Positions 13,233-24,773 of a stretch of DNA of 64,000 bases are shown here, one piece after another; position 1 is the first letter of the stretch; every line of letters begins with the position of its first letter. A model generated the notes under the pieces. That model had not been told where the DNA came from and did not search any database. It saw only the letters and a program-made list of their open reading frames with translations. The stretch covers positions 1 through 64,000 of the forward strand of contig NW_021832830.1 of assembly GCF_006345805.1 (NCBI RefSeq). The letters run 5' to 3'. Position numbers and translations under genes: made by a program. This DNA is from Octopus sinensis. Lineage: Eukaryota.

Positions 13233-13814
13233 AGGAAAGAAAAATGGAAAGAGGTTTTATTAAAGACCATTTTATTTGTTTCGGCGTCTCATTATCAGCT
13301 GTTAATTGCTAAATGTTATACACATTATAGTATACACATCATTGCTTTAGTATGATCCACCCATTTCTGTATACATGTGTGTCTTCAGGTGAGTGACATC
13401 CAAATCACAGGTTATCTTTAGTTTATGTATGTATTATATTCATACTGTTGTGTTATTTTTAGAATTTCATTCCAATAGAAGACACACCCAAGGTGAGGAC
13501 ATCCCTCTGATTAATACATAAAAGAAAATGATCGTCTCAGAAATATTGAACTGTACTAAAATTATTGTCTTTGTTCACACGACAGGATATAATTTTAAGG
13601 ACATTTATTGCTATTTCTAGCAAGCAGAGTGTAGACGCATATACTGTCATGTCACCATATCACCACAACCGTAAATATCAGAAATATAGACTGAAATTAA
13701 ACAATGTAACATTGACGGCTATTATACCTTAAACAACTATGTACCTGGCTTTCTCAGATAGTGACACGTTCTTGCAACAAATATCTCACTAGACATCTCT
13801 CTAACCAGGACTCA

Positions 13815-14143
13815 TAAAAGTACTACTTCGTCGGTTACGACGACGAGGGTCCCAGCTGATACGATCAACGGAACAGCTTGCTCGTGAAATTAATGTGTAA
13901 GTGGCTGAGCAATCCACAGACACGTGTACCCTTAACGTAGTTCTCAGGAAGATTCAGCGTGACACGGAGTGTGAAAAGGCCGGCCCTTTGAAATACAGGT
14001 ATTACTCACTTTTGCCAGCTGAGTGGACTGGAGCAACGTGGAATAAAGTGTCTTGCTCAAGGGCACAACGCGTAGCCGAGAATCGAACCCACGACCTTAT
14101 AATCGTGAAGGCGCGTGGCTTAGTGGTTAGGGCGTTCGGCTCA
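13815..14143 (-). mobile_element. tRNA-derived SINE, family D, with its 5-prime tip inverted
   Basis: Contains GTGTCTTGCTCAAGGGCACAAC and GAATCGAACCCACGACC (B box on minus). The terminal head segment AGGCGCGTGGCTTAGTGGTTAGGGCGTTCGGCTCA at 14109-14143 is in the opposite orientation. Confidence 0.8.
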
Positions 14144-14997
14144 ACCAGGAATCATAGAGTTTATATAAATCGCATACTATATTCTAATAATAGCTTAACT
14201 ACTTATGCAATTGGAAATTCGTGTTTTATAAATAATCTTTTAATCGATCAGCTTTCATAACTTTATAATTCCTCATGAGATTGCATTATTAGATTAGACT
14301 TGTCTTCGATTTAGTCGCCGTTTTCGTTCCATAGTTAACGTTGTTAACAGCAGAACAGAACAACAGATATGGCGTTTTAAGCAATTGTTTGCTGTGATAT
14401 CTTTCCGATTCAGATTTTGTCATTAATCTGATGACAATGCGTCTAGACACCAAGGAAATAATATTCACAGGACTTAAGTGAATAATCAAGAAACATAATC
14501 AAAACAAATAAAATAAATTAAAAAATAATATGCGGCATAATTTGTCTAAAATTCGCATAGTCTCTCTCCTTATTGTTAATTTTTCAAAAACAAACATCTT
14601 TTCCTGCCTGAGATAATGAAAATTAATAATTAAATTTTTAGTGTTGTGAATAGCACACGAATAAAAGTAAATAAATATATTAACGAATATTGCACTTCCA
14701 TGGATAAAATGTGTGAAAACAAACAGAAAATGAAGAGAAAATATTCAAAATAGTTGAGAAAGGAAACTGCTAAGATGAAAGAAATTATAAATACATTCAC
14801 ACACTCGTTCACACACACATACACACGCAATGTCACACTTATTCATATTTCGTATACATGTCCATGTGTGTGCGTGTGTGTGTGTATGTTTGACTATGTG
14901 CGTGTGTGCGTATGGATGTCTATTTATATGTATATATATGTATATATATCTATAAACACACACATATATATATATGTCTATATCTATACACACCCAC

Positions 14998-15028
<31 letters not shown>

Positions 15029-15988
15029 TATATCTATATATATATATATTATATATATATATATATATTATATATATATATATATATGTGTGTGTGTATG
15101 TATATATATAGACACACATGAACATGCCTATTTATATATATATATATGTGTGTGTGTATAGATTTTGGCATATGCATGCATATGCCTGTATATATATATA
15201 TATATGTATAGACACACATTCATATGACTATATGCATATATATGTTTGCATATACGTTTATATATGCATATATGCATATAGAATATGTATATATATGTAG
15301 TATATATCTATATATATAGGTATCTAAATATTCATATTTGTAAGTGCGTTTATAGTTGTAGGTGTATATTTGTTTCTGAGTGTGTGTGTAAGTGTGTGCG
15401 TGCGTACATGTACATTATGCCAACACACATTTACGTGGAAGCCTATAGACGTCTGTATTTTTATATTTGTGCGTGTGTAACTAAATAAAAATAAAAAAAC
15501 AAAAAAAAAAGAATTATGAATGAAAGAAAGAAAGAGAGAATGAGAGAAATAGAAAGAGAGTGAAAGAAAAAGATGATTGCATATCCGGACGGACATGACG
15601 ATTTGTTTTTAATCCGACTTCTCTTCAAGTGCTCTCATCACCGGTTTTAGAAGACGGGGACCTCATTTCCGGAATTCTCTTCTTGTTTACTTTACATACG
15701 ACAAACATAATTCAAACTTTAATAAAGATGGCTGTCATTCGCGTCGTTCATTTTTGTTTACTGCAAAGTTCAAACAATAAGATCAAGCAAAAACAAAGTA
15801 AATTCCTGCCAGGCTTAAATGGTAACAACAAGTGCAGCTGCACTTCGTTTGCTCTGGTGGCTGCATAGAAGAGCAGCATGGAATGGTGTTAGCGTTTAGA
15901 ACAGAAGAACCCAGATATATTCTGGAATTCTTGCTACAATGTGATGTACAGAATTTCTCGTGCATGATTGCTTAATATACCAAAATAT

Positions 15989-16410
15989 ATATTTCTTTAC
16001 TACCCACAAGGGGCTAAACACAGAGAGGACAAACAAGGGCAGACAAATGGATTAAGTCGATTATATCGACCCTAGTGCGAAACTGGTACTTTTATTTATC
16101 GACCCCGAAAGGATGAAAGGTGAAGTCGACATCGGCGGAATTTGAACTCAGAACGTAACGACAGACGAAATACCTATTTCTTTACTACACACAAGGGGCT
16201 AAACACAGAGAGGACAACCAAGGACACAAAAACGGATTAATTCGATTACATCGACCTCCAGTGCAAAACTGGTTCTTTTATTTATCGACCCCGAAAGGAT
16301 GAAAGGCAAAGTCGACCTCGGCGGAATTTGAATTCAGAACGTAACGGCAGACGAAATACCGCTAAGCATTCCGTCCGGCGCGCTAACGTGTTTGCCAGCG
16401 CGCCGCCTTA
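15989..16410 (-). mobile_element. Family A SINE dimer flanked by one target-site duplication
   Basis: Head GGCGGCGCGCTGGCAAACACGTTAGCG...GAATTCAAATTCCGCC, body GAGGTCGACTTTGCCTTTCATCCTTTCGGGGTCGATAAAT. The second unit joins at AAAGAAATAGG/TATTTCGTCTG. TSD TGCT(T/G)AATAT(A/G)CCAAAATAT lies at 15969-15988 and 16411-16430. Confidence 0.9.
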
Positions 16411-16473
16411 TGCTGAATATGCCAAAATATGACTTACAACTGTTTATCGGCTGCTGAGGTATGGAGTATATCA

Positions 16474-16890
16474 AGGTGGCAAACCGGCAGATACGTGAGC
16501 ACGCCGGGTGAAATATTTAGCAGTATTTCGTCTGCCGCTACGTTCTGAGTTCAAATTCCGTCGAGGTCGTCTTTGCCTTTCATCCTTTCAGGGTCGATAA
16601 ATTAAGTACCAGTTATGCACTGGGGTCGATACAATCGACTTAATCCGTTTGTCTGTCCCTGTTTGTCTTTTCCGTGTTTAGCCTCTTGTGGGTAGTAAAG
16701 AAATAGGTATTTCGTCTGCCGCTACGTTCTGAGTTCAAATTCCGCCGAGGTCGACTTTGCCTTTCATCCCCTCGGCGTCGATAAATTAAGTACCAATTAC
16801 GCACTGGGGTCGATATAATCGCCTTTAGCTGTTTGTCTGTCCTTGTTTGTCCTTTCTGTGTTTATCCCCTTGTGGGTAGTAAAGAAGTAG
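16474..16890 (+). mobile_element. Family A SINE dimer
   Basis: A full head, then a second headless unit joined at GAAATAGG/TATTTCG (16707/16708). Confidence 0.88.
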
Positions 16891-17024
16891 ATACGAACTA
16901 TATTTGAGCCTGTGTATGTATCCCTGTGTGTGTGTTTGTGTATTTGTGTGTGTCTGTGCGAGTGAATGCTTGTGTATTTGTAGGCTTATATACGTCAGTG
17001 ATTGTCTGAGCATATGAATACAGA

Positions 17025-17412
17025 GGCGCACGCGTGGCTGTATGGTAAGGAGCTTCCTTTCCAACCACATGGTTCTGGGTTCAGTCTTACAGCGTGGCAC
17101 CTCGGGCAAATGTCTTCTCGTATAGCCTCGGCTGACCAAAACCTTGTGAGTGGTTTTAGTAAACGGAAACTGAAAGAAACTTGTCGTTTACATATAAATA
17201 AACACACGCAGACACACACATACATGCACACACACACAGAGAAATATATATATATATATTTGTCCCCCTACCATCGCTTGACAACCGCTGTTGGTGTAGC
17301 ACGATGATATTTCGCCAAAAGACAGCGATAGAATAAGTCCTAGGGTCAATTTTTTTCGACTAGATTCGGTGCTCCATCATGGCCGCATTCAATCGAATGA
17401 AAGCAATAAAAT
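17025..17412 (+). mobile_element. Family B SINE, diverged
   Basis: GAGGCGCACGCGTGGCTGTATGGTAAG...GGTTCAGTC...CACCTCGGGCAAATGTCTTC...GGTGCTCCATCATGGCCGCA. Confidence 0.8.
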
Positions 17413-17860
17413 AAAATACTTACAGCGTGTAAATAAAGGTGTGATCGTGCGTGTATATGCTTATAAGTCTGTGTGTATGTGTGTGTATGTATCTCTGTAA
17501 GTGTTCGTGAATATGTGTATGTATGCTGCATATGCTATCGAGTCGGTACGTGTGTGTGTGCGCGTGTAAAATGTCTAAGCGTATTCGTGTGTGTTTATTT
17601 TCGGTACAAGTAAAGTGTACCAAGGAACCAGAAAGTAAAAAGGAAAAAAAAAAATCAATCGTTATTCAGACTGATAGAAATAGAATTTTCTTGAATAAAA
17701 TTTTATAAAAACCTCACATTAAAATTAAAATAAAACAAACAACACAACAAAATCTTTAACTACTATAAAAAAAAGAAGGAAAATTCGTATAATTAAATAA
17801 ATATAATTTGTATGATATTTTATTAATAGCGTCCAATCGGTACTTTAAGTTCGCTCTGCA

Positions 17861-18240
17861 TTAGAATTTCGCCCGTTGTTATGCAACAAATTCAGTTTGC
17901 TTGGCACTTGTCCAACTGAACATGACATTTTATTCTTCTGTAAAATTTAAGAGACGATCAAAGCCTAATAACTCACAACTGGTTATCTTGAAATTAAAGA
18001 AAGTGCGATTTGACCTTCGAACTCTCAGCTGAATAAATGCCAACTTAGTATTTGGACATTTGATTCTCCTGCTAATAATTATTGACTTCAGCTTTTCACA
18101 ACTAACGAATACAAATGTATTAGGAAGCACTTGGCCCTTTAAACAAGTCAAATCCCGGTCATTTCTGCTGCAATAATTATAGTTGTAAAGTTAGTTTATG
18201 TTCAATTAGATTTTGTACAAAACTGCATAAATCACGGGAA
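17861..18240 (-). mobile_element. 3-prime end of a decayed autonomous Helitron (helicase C-terminus, terminal hairpin, CTRR)
   Basis: On minus, frameshifted remnants IIAAEMTG, KGQVLP, SRRIKCP..LAF, EGQ and PVVSY.ALIVS follow the order of the Helitron helicase motifs KGxxVLIPRI, RRQFPxxLAF, KSQGQT and PVFSHGQLYVA. The element ends TTTGTTGCATAACAACGGG (hairpin), 7 nt, CTAA, then T, which is the canonical Helitron 3-prime end. Confidence 0.6.
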
Positions 18241-18527
18241 GAAATGTCACTTTAATTTCTAAATATACGAATGTGTCACCTAGGTTATAATCTCTCTTGA
18301 TACTAGTGTTGTTTTAGTTGTTGTTGTTGTGGTGGTTGCCTTGTTGCCTTTATTTTTGCTGTTGATAATGTTAAAATTTTTCTTCTTCTAAATACAGTTA
18401 GAAATTCTCTCTTCGGTTTTAAATACTCGTTGCTGTTATGGATTTTTACACCTTTAATTTCTGTTACTCAAGTTCAAGCCTTGCAAAGTATAATCGCACA
18501 CCTCTCCGCAGACGCCGTAGCCATTAG

Positions 18528-18560
<33 letters not shown>

Positions 18561-18639
18561 TTTCTCTGACATTCCACACATTATCCTATCGTGTTCATTG
18601 AAAGCCTCACTCTCTATGAATTTATTATGAATATTTGCT

Positions 18640-19060
18640 TCAGAGACGCTTTGAGGTAAGGAATTGGCTTACAAACCACACAGTTCCGGATTCAATCCCA
18701 CTTCGTGGCACTTTGAGATCCAGACCAATCTATGCGCTGAGTAGATTTTGTACACGGAAACTAAAACAGGCTCGTCATGTATGTATATATCTATGTATAT
18801 ATGTATCTATATATGTATGTGTATATGTATGTATATATGTATGTGTATATGTATGTATATATGTATGTATATATCTATGTGTTTGTCCTTTTGCATGTGT
18901 CTTTCCCTACCATCGCTTGAAATCAAGTGTTGGGCGTCGATTGGTTTGCATTCGGCGAAAGAGGCCAATATAATTTTTTGCTAGGTTAAAGAACAAGTAC
19001 TGGGGTGGATATATTCGACTAAAAACAGATTAAAGTGGTACCTCATCATGGCCGCAGTTT
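18640..19060 (+). mobile_element. Family B SINE, strongly diverged
   Basis: GGTAAGGAATTGGCTTACAAACCAC...GGATTCAATCCCACTTCGTGGCAC...CATCGCTTGAAATC...CATCATGGCCGCAGT. Confidence 0.7.
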
Positions 19061-19353
19061 AATAATTAAATCGCGTAAATGAAAAACAAACACGTGATTG
19101 TGTGTATATGTGTGTGCATGAAGAGTTGAATCGTTTTCTTTCATTTCTTTCGATCATTAGTCTGTGACCAAGCTGTGGGAGCTGTAATGAGAAGTTTAAT
19201 TGAACACGTGAACCCAACTGTATAGATGAAGTCAGATATTTCAATCTTCGTCTTTGTCCAACTTACTGTGACGTTAAAAAACCAATGCGGTCGTGAGATA
19301 TTTGTGGCGGTCATATAAAGAAACACAATGGTGTGTGTATGAATGTATATATA

Positions 19354-19401
<48 letters not shown>

Positions 19402-19499
19402 ATATATATCTATATATATAATATATATATTCATATATATATAAGAAATTAAAAAAAGGAAAATACGCACACTTACATAGTTTTAATATAATTTTTAAT

Positions 19500-19534
19500 A
19501 TATCGACCGGTTTCGCTATCGCTATTCATGATAT
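19500..19534 (-). ncRNA. Degenerate minimal type I hammerhead motif (Penelope type)
   Basis: Minus strand: ATATC ATGAATA GC-GATA-GC GAA ACCGGT C GATAT. Helix I has 5 bp and helix III is the palindrome ACCGGT. The core differs from CUGANGA at C3 and G8. Confidence 0.45.
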
Positions 19535-20043
19535 TATGTTTTACTTATTTGAATATATATTTTTTAAAGAAGAAACTAGGTGCTGTTGTGTGTGATGAAA
19601 TTCATGACTGAAATATATATATATATATATAATATAATATACATAGGGTGTGTGTGATTGTGTATAGAAGAAATATTTAATAAAAGGAATTCCAGCCTTG
19701 TCTGATTTTCATGTGGTTGTTCGCTGGGTGGTTATCCAGCGAACCACCCAGCGAAATCCACCATGGGTCATCACAAATGCTTAAGGTAAAAATGAATTCC
19801 TCGCTCTTTCGGAAACATCAATCTACTGTATTGACCGCTTTCCACCACTTTGATCTGTTTTTTGTATGAATACGTATCGCCAACGTGGGCCACTGCATCG
19901 AACACTTTGAACATATACTTCAAACTATTATCAACTATACATGAACTATATATAACTATACATGAACTCTAAGATGTCTGACTCCGTTGTGTATTATAAA
20001 TGATTTCTTGTTGACGGCTGAGCTGTCTTTTTTTTATATAACT

Positions 20044-20085
20044 TTTTTTGATAAGGTTCATTTCAGGAACTGAAACATGTTATAA
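20044..20085 (+). ncRNA. Degenerate minimal type I hammerhead motif
   Basis: TTGATAA GGTTC-ATTTCAG-GAACT GAA ACATGT T. Helix II has 5 bp and helix III is the palindrome ACATGT. The core carries two transitions (C3T, G8A) and helix I is poor. Confidence 0.35.
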
Positions 20086-20172
20086 TGAATATATAAAAAT
20101 TAAAAATTGTATAATACAGCAGCATTTTCGAACTCATTTTTTACAAATATATTTAACATATATTATATATAT

Positions 20173-20209
<37 letters not shown>

Positions 20210-20839
20210 ATATAGATATATATATACATATATATATAGTAATATATATATATATAATATATATATATATAGATATATATATTATATATATATATATATA
20301 ATATATGTATGTATATATATATATATACACATATATGTATATATGGATATATACATATATGCATAAATGTATATATATATATATATATATATACAATGCA
20401 TATATATGTATATGTACATATATATATATATTTGTATGTATGTACGTAGGTACGTTCGTATGTATTGTACGTGTAACACAATCAGAGCGAAGGCATTGAT
20501 CAATCCTGGATAGTAGAAGATACCTGGGTAACATGCCACGCGGTTAGATTGAACTCGAAACTACGTGTTTGAGACGTGATCTTCTTTCTCTTTCTCACGT
20601 GACCCCCCCTCCATAATATCTAGAATGAACGTCCACATGAACTCGTACACTTATTAATTAATGTCATCATGATATCGCTGCAAACAAACCAATCACCGGC
20701 ATATTTTATCACCCTGTGAGTGATTTCCGGTTTCAAAACAAGAAATAAATCACTTAGTGTCAGATGCCATCGTATCTCATCTCTCTCATCTCTCTCATCA
20801 TTAAACCGCTTCAAAGATTAGTAAAAAAAAAATGCCTGG

Positions 20840-21194
20840 TTTTGTGGATAGCACAAATCTCCTAAATCATAACTGCCATGTTTTTCCTGTGGCAGAAATT
20901 GCTGAACACGCATTCTCCAACACTTTGTTCTGTCATAAACGCGGCATTCGCTGTCCACAACCCCAGTCAGAGAATTCTACAAATGGCAATATCGTAACTC
21001 TGAGTCTATAGAGATCAACAGCAAAAGACCAGGTTTAGTTCACTTTACAGTTGGAATAAACAGACTTCACACCTATCTGGAGTACCACTGTTTTCGTCTT
21101 TGTGAGTAAACGAGAGAAGTATATTGAGCCACAGGCAACACACCTATCTGGATTATTACTCTATTCGTTGGAAGTAAACAAGAGAAATATAACA
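20840..21194 (+). mobile_element. Probable 5-prime LTR of a Ty3/Gypsy element (left boundary uncertain)
   Basis: AATAAA at 21055-21060. The segment ends ...ATATAACA at 21194, 3 nt before a primer-binding site. Confidence 0.45.
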
Positions 21195-21197
21195 AAT

Positions 21198-21215
21198 TGG
21201 CGTCGCCGACAGGAT
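21198..21215 (+). promoter_or_regulatory. Primer-binding site, probably for tRNA-Ser
   Basis: TGGCGTCGCCGACAGGAT is the reverse complement of ATCCTGTCGGCGACG-CCA, which has the form of a tRNA 3-prime end (T-arm, acceptor strand, G discriminator, CCA). It follows an LTR-type CA end. Confidence 0.65.
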
Positions 21216-21420
21216 ATTGTCGTCATTTTTGTGTCGTGGAGTTTTTATGATAGTATAAGAAAGACTCTTCTTACGGATTGGAGTTTTTACCTTGACATTC
21301 AGATATAATTACTTGAAAGGTAAAGAACCAGATTTGTACCTAAGATTCAGGTTAGATAACACAATAATGCTTTTGCGCTCTCGTCTGTACGACAAAGAAC
21401 TATGTCGCCGTGTATAGCGC

Positions 21421-21690
21421 TTGTTCGTACAAACTAGTGTGGAATATGATGGTCATATCTTATCAGGCGAAGTAATCGCGAAGGGATCCAAGGTCGAGAC
21501 AATTATGAAGATGCCACCCCTTATAGACATATCAAGCGTAAAGTCTTTCTTGGGTTCGTTTCAAATCTACAGGATGTTTATCCCAAACCTGGCCATTATG
21601 GCCGTGCCACTTTAGCATTTAACCAAGAAGGCAACTCCTTAAAAGTGGGGAGATGAGGAACAAAGACCGTGTAAACAGTTGAAAAGCTGT
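21421..21690 (+). mobile_element. Ty3/Gypsy pol remnant (RT C-terminus and connection region)
   Basis: Translation gives SVEYDGHILSGEVIAKGSKVETIMKMPPLIDISSVKSFLGSFQIYRMFIPNLAIMAVPL*HLTKKATP*KWGDEEQ. This matches Gypsy xVxYLGHxIS...V+SFLG...YRxFIPN.A..A.PL..LTKK...WxWg.EEQ. Confidence 0.85.
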
Positions 21691-22417
21691 TATGATGTTT
21701 TAATGTCTCTGCAAACTTATTGTATATTCCTTCACCAGCTGTTCAAATCAGCAACACGTATTCCAACGGTATCTCTTAATAAAAACTTCTACGAATCTCT
21801 ATAATATATGGTAGCGCATACGTCACATTTCTTTACTGGCCACCAGGGCCCTACACAGATGAGACAGCACAAAGGCAGACAACACAAAAATACAAATTGG
21901 GGACATAAAACATAGACGGATTAATAAAAATGGAAATATATTATAATGAGGATGCGATGGCTACTCGAACCCCACACTCGATCAGTACCATTGAAGTATT
22001 ATTTCCTTCCAATGTTTCTCAGTTTAAAATCATATGAAAATGCTTACATTACCATGTACTATTTCAAATCTTCGTATATTATCACAGAAGGTAGAGTGTC
22101 GTATCTCCCCATTGATCACAGTGTATCTGTGTCGTTGCCAAATGTTCTCAGTCTCTTATATCTGTATATATCAATTAAAGTACATTTTATGCCTTTTGGA
22201 TAATCCTCCTCGGGAATTTTTACCCTTATTAGTGATTTGATTTTTATAATCTTCATCTCAAAGGCCAGACACTTCATAGAGGTCCTCATATATGTCCTAT
22301 TTTTACGATTGTCCTGAGAGTTTGTGTATGTGCCTGTGTGTATTTTTGCGTATGTATTTGTGTAAGACTATCTGGAGAATCTGGGATGTTTTGAATGTTT
22401 GTATCTTTCTTTCTTTG

Positions 22418-22932
22418 GATAATTCACATTTGGAAACATGGGTGTTTTGTTCAACTTCCTTAAACAACCGTTATTCAGGGTCATTTCTAGCGGGTGGGCT
22501 ACTCAATCTGAAGGAGATTCTAACTGGGCCCCACCTGCAAGGTCATGCGCTGTGTATCTTGATATGGGATCATTATCACATATCATAATAATGATATGCT
22601 TTGTCTTGGTATAAAAGATGGACTACAACAAATATTCTGCTCAATACCACAGATTTGCTTGTCAGTTGTTTGACCTTAACCAGTTGAGCATGTCCTTTTG
22701 TGTCTGTCGATATGTGCATCTCTGTTCACGAGCAGAAGTTGTGGAGCGGCATCATAGCTATGTGTTGAGAAGAATTCTTAGAGGTTTCGATAATTCACCT
22801 TTGGAAATATAGGTGGTTCGTTCAACATCCTTAAACAATTCTAATTCAGGAACCTTTTGAACGGGATGGTCTACTCGACCAGAAGGAGTTCTAACTTGCA
22901 AGGTCATGTGCTGTTTATCATGATATGGGATC
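22418..22932 (+). repeat. Diverged direct repeat of about 150 bp (22418-22571 and 22789-22932)
   Basis: Shared blocks GATAATTCAC.TTTGGAAA, TTCAAC.TCCTTAAACAA and CAAGGTCATG.GCTGT.TATC.TGATATGGGATC occur in the same order. Confidence 0.75.
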
Positions 22933-23063
22933 TCCATGTCGCGCACATATGGTTGAGATGCATGTGCCTAGTGTACCCTTATCAGACGGGTAGTCATGAT
23001 GGGTATATTGGGCTTCGTATATTTTACACCAGTATCACTTTGATGGAATGCACTGCTCTCTCA

Positions 23064-23064
<1 letters not shown>

Positions 23065-23147
<83 letters not shown>
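23065..23147. repeat. (TAA)n microsatellite
   Basis: Seen directly. Confidence 0.95.
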
Positions 23148-24536
23148 ATAACTTCCTGAGTAGTATAACTGTGCCTTAGAAATCCCTGTAATAATTATAT
23201 TATTTTATAATTAATTCCATTAAATATTTTGTAGGATTCAATGTTGATTACAACAGAGTTTCTAATGCACACGTGTTCGACTGCTGGAGATTTTCACATT
23301 ACACTCTGGTTGAGTTTTGTTATGCCGTGATATCGATTTTACGTTTTATTTATAGTTTCTCAAGTTTATTAATATATTTTTTTTTACATTTGGTTTGAAA
23401 ATATTGAAAATTAGCGTGAGATATAATATTTTTTTTTTAGTTTTCTTTTATCTTGATTTTCCTTCACAGCGTTACATTCATGCATCTGTGCCATCTTTTA
23501 AAATTATTCAATAGCTTTAGTTTTCAAGTGAAATTCATACGGATAAAATAATACAAATATTCATCTGGATCCATTGAAAACGCAGTTTGCATTATGGGTA
23601 ATAATGGTTAGCAACAAAGAGCAATGCCAAACAAACAAACAAACGAAAAAGTTTCGCAGCTTTTTAGAAACTTAAAAAATGCATGAATGATCTTCGTTTT
23701 CATTGTGTACAGAAATAAGTGAATTGTGCAGGAGAGGAAATTCCTAGTTTCTTAAGAGGATAATGTTTAATAAATATAAAAATATTGAGATTACTCGTAT
23801 TTCGAAGAGTTCGTCAGGGTTTGAGGAGAAATATTGAAAATAAAAAGCAGATGTTACAAACACCGCAGTTCATTTAATGTAATGTTGGTCTCACTTGTTC
23901 AAATCACATCTGCATCAGCTCTTATAATCCACTTGAAATTTAACAATTAATGAGCGAAAAGCAAACCCATGTATATATTTAAAAAAAAAGGAATATTTTT
24001 AAGAATTACACCCGTTCTGTCGAAATGTACTCCCAGGCCGAAAACACGTTCCCATCATATTGCAGAATTGTCTGTTTATGTCCAAAAGGTTTTAATTCTT
24101 TGGATTGGTGAAGTGTGTTGACAAACTCTCAGTGATAACATATTTCTTACGTTAAGCTCATAGGGTATTGGGTGGTCGGAAATCCAGTTCTACGCAGTGA
24201 GATTTATGCGTTTGTAATCCTGTTTAAACAGCAGAACTTTCGGCTAAAGAGAACAGAAGATATTTGATGTTATGGTCTGTAACGTTTGACTTCAGCAGTT
24301 AATCACAGAATCGGCAGCCAGAGATTAACAGACATAACAACGTTCAGAATGAGTGACAGTCATAGGCGATGACCAACACTTTAATATCAAAGATTGTAAA
24401 AGTAAGGGTAGAAGAGACAGACTGAGGTGAGAGCAAATTGCAGGTTACGAAAGGTGGGTGTTGGTAATACGTTAGAAAGATTTGTGGATGATACCTAACC
24501 ACTTCCAAGGATCTGGCCCAACGTAGAATTAATATC

Positions 24537-24773
24537 TGATTCTTTGTTGCCCACAAGGGGCTAAACACAGAGGGGACAAACAAGGACAGACAAACGAATT
24601 AAGTCGATTATAGCGACCCCAGTGCGTAACTGGTACTTATTTAATCGACCCCGAAAGGATGAAAGGCAAAGTCGACCTCGGCGGAATTTGAACTCAGAAC
24701 GTAACGGCAGACGAAATACGGCTACGCATTTCGCCCGGCGTGCTAACGATTCTGCCAGCTCGCCGCCTTTAAA
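24537..24773 (-). mobile_element. Family A SINE monomer, full length, with a 14-bp TSD
   Basis: Head GGCGGCGAGCTGGCAGAATCGTTAGCACGCCGGGCG...GAGTTCAAATTCC. GTAGAATTAATATC lies at 24523-24536 and 24774-24787. Confidence 0.92.

Noticed and set aside
15989-16890. Regularly spaced ~180-bp repeats that might resemble a CRISPR-like array
   Set aside because: The units are contiguous SINE bodies without unique spacers, and the context is eukaryotic.
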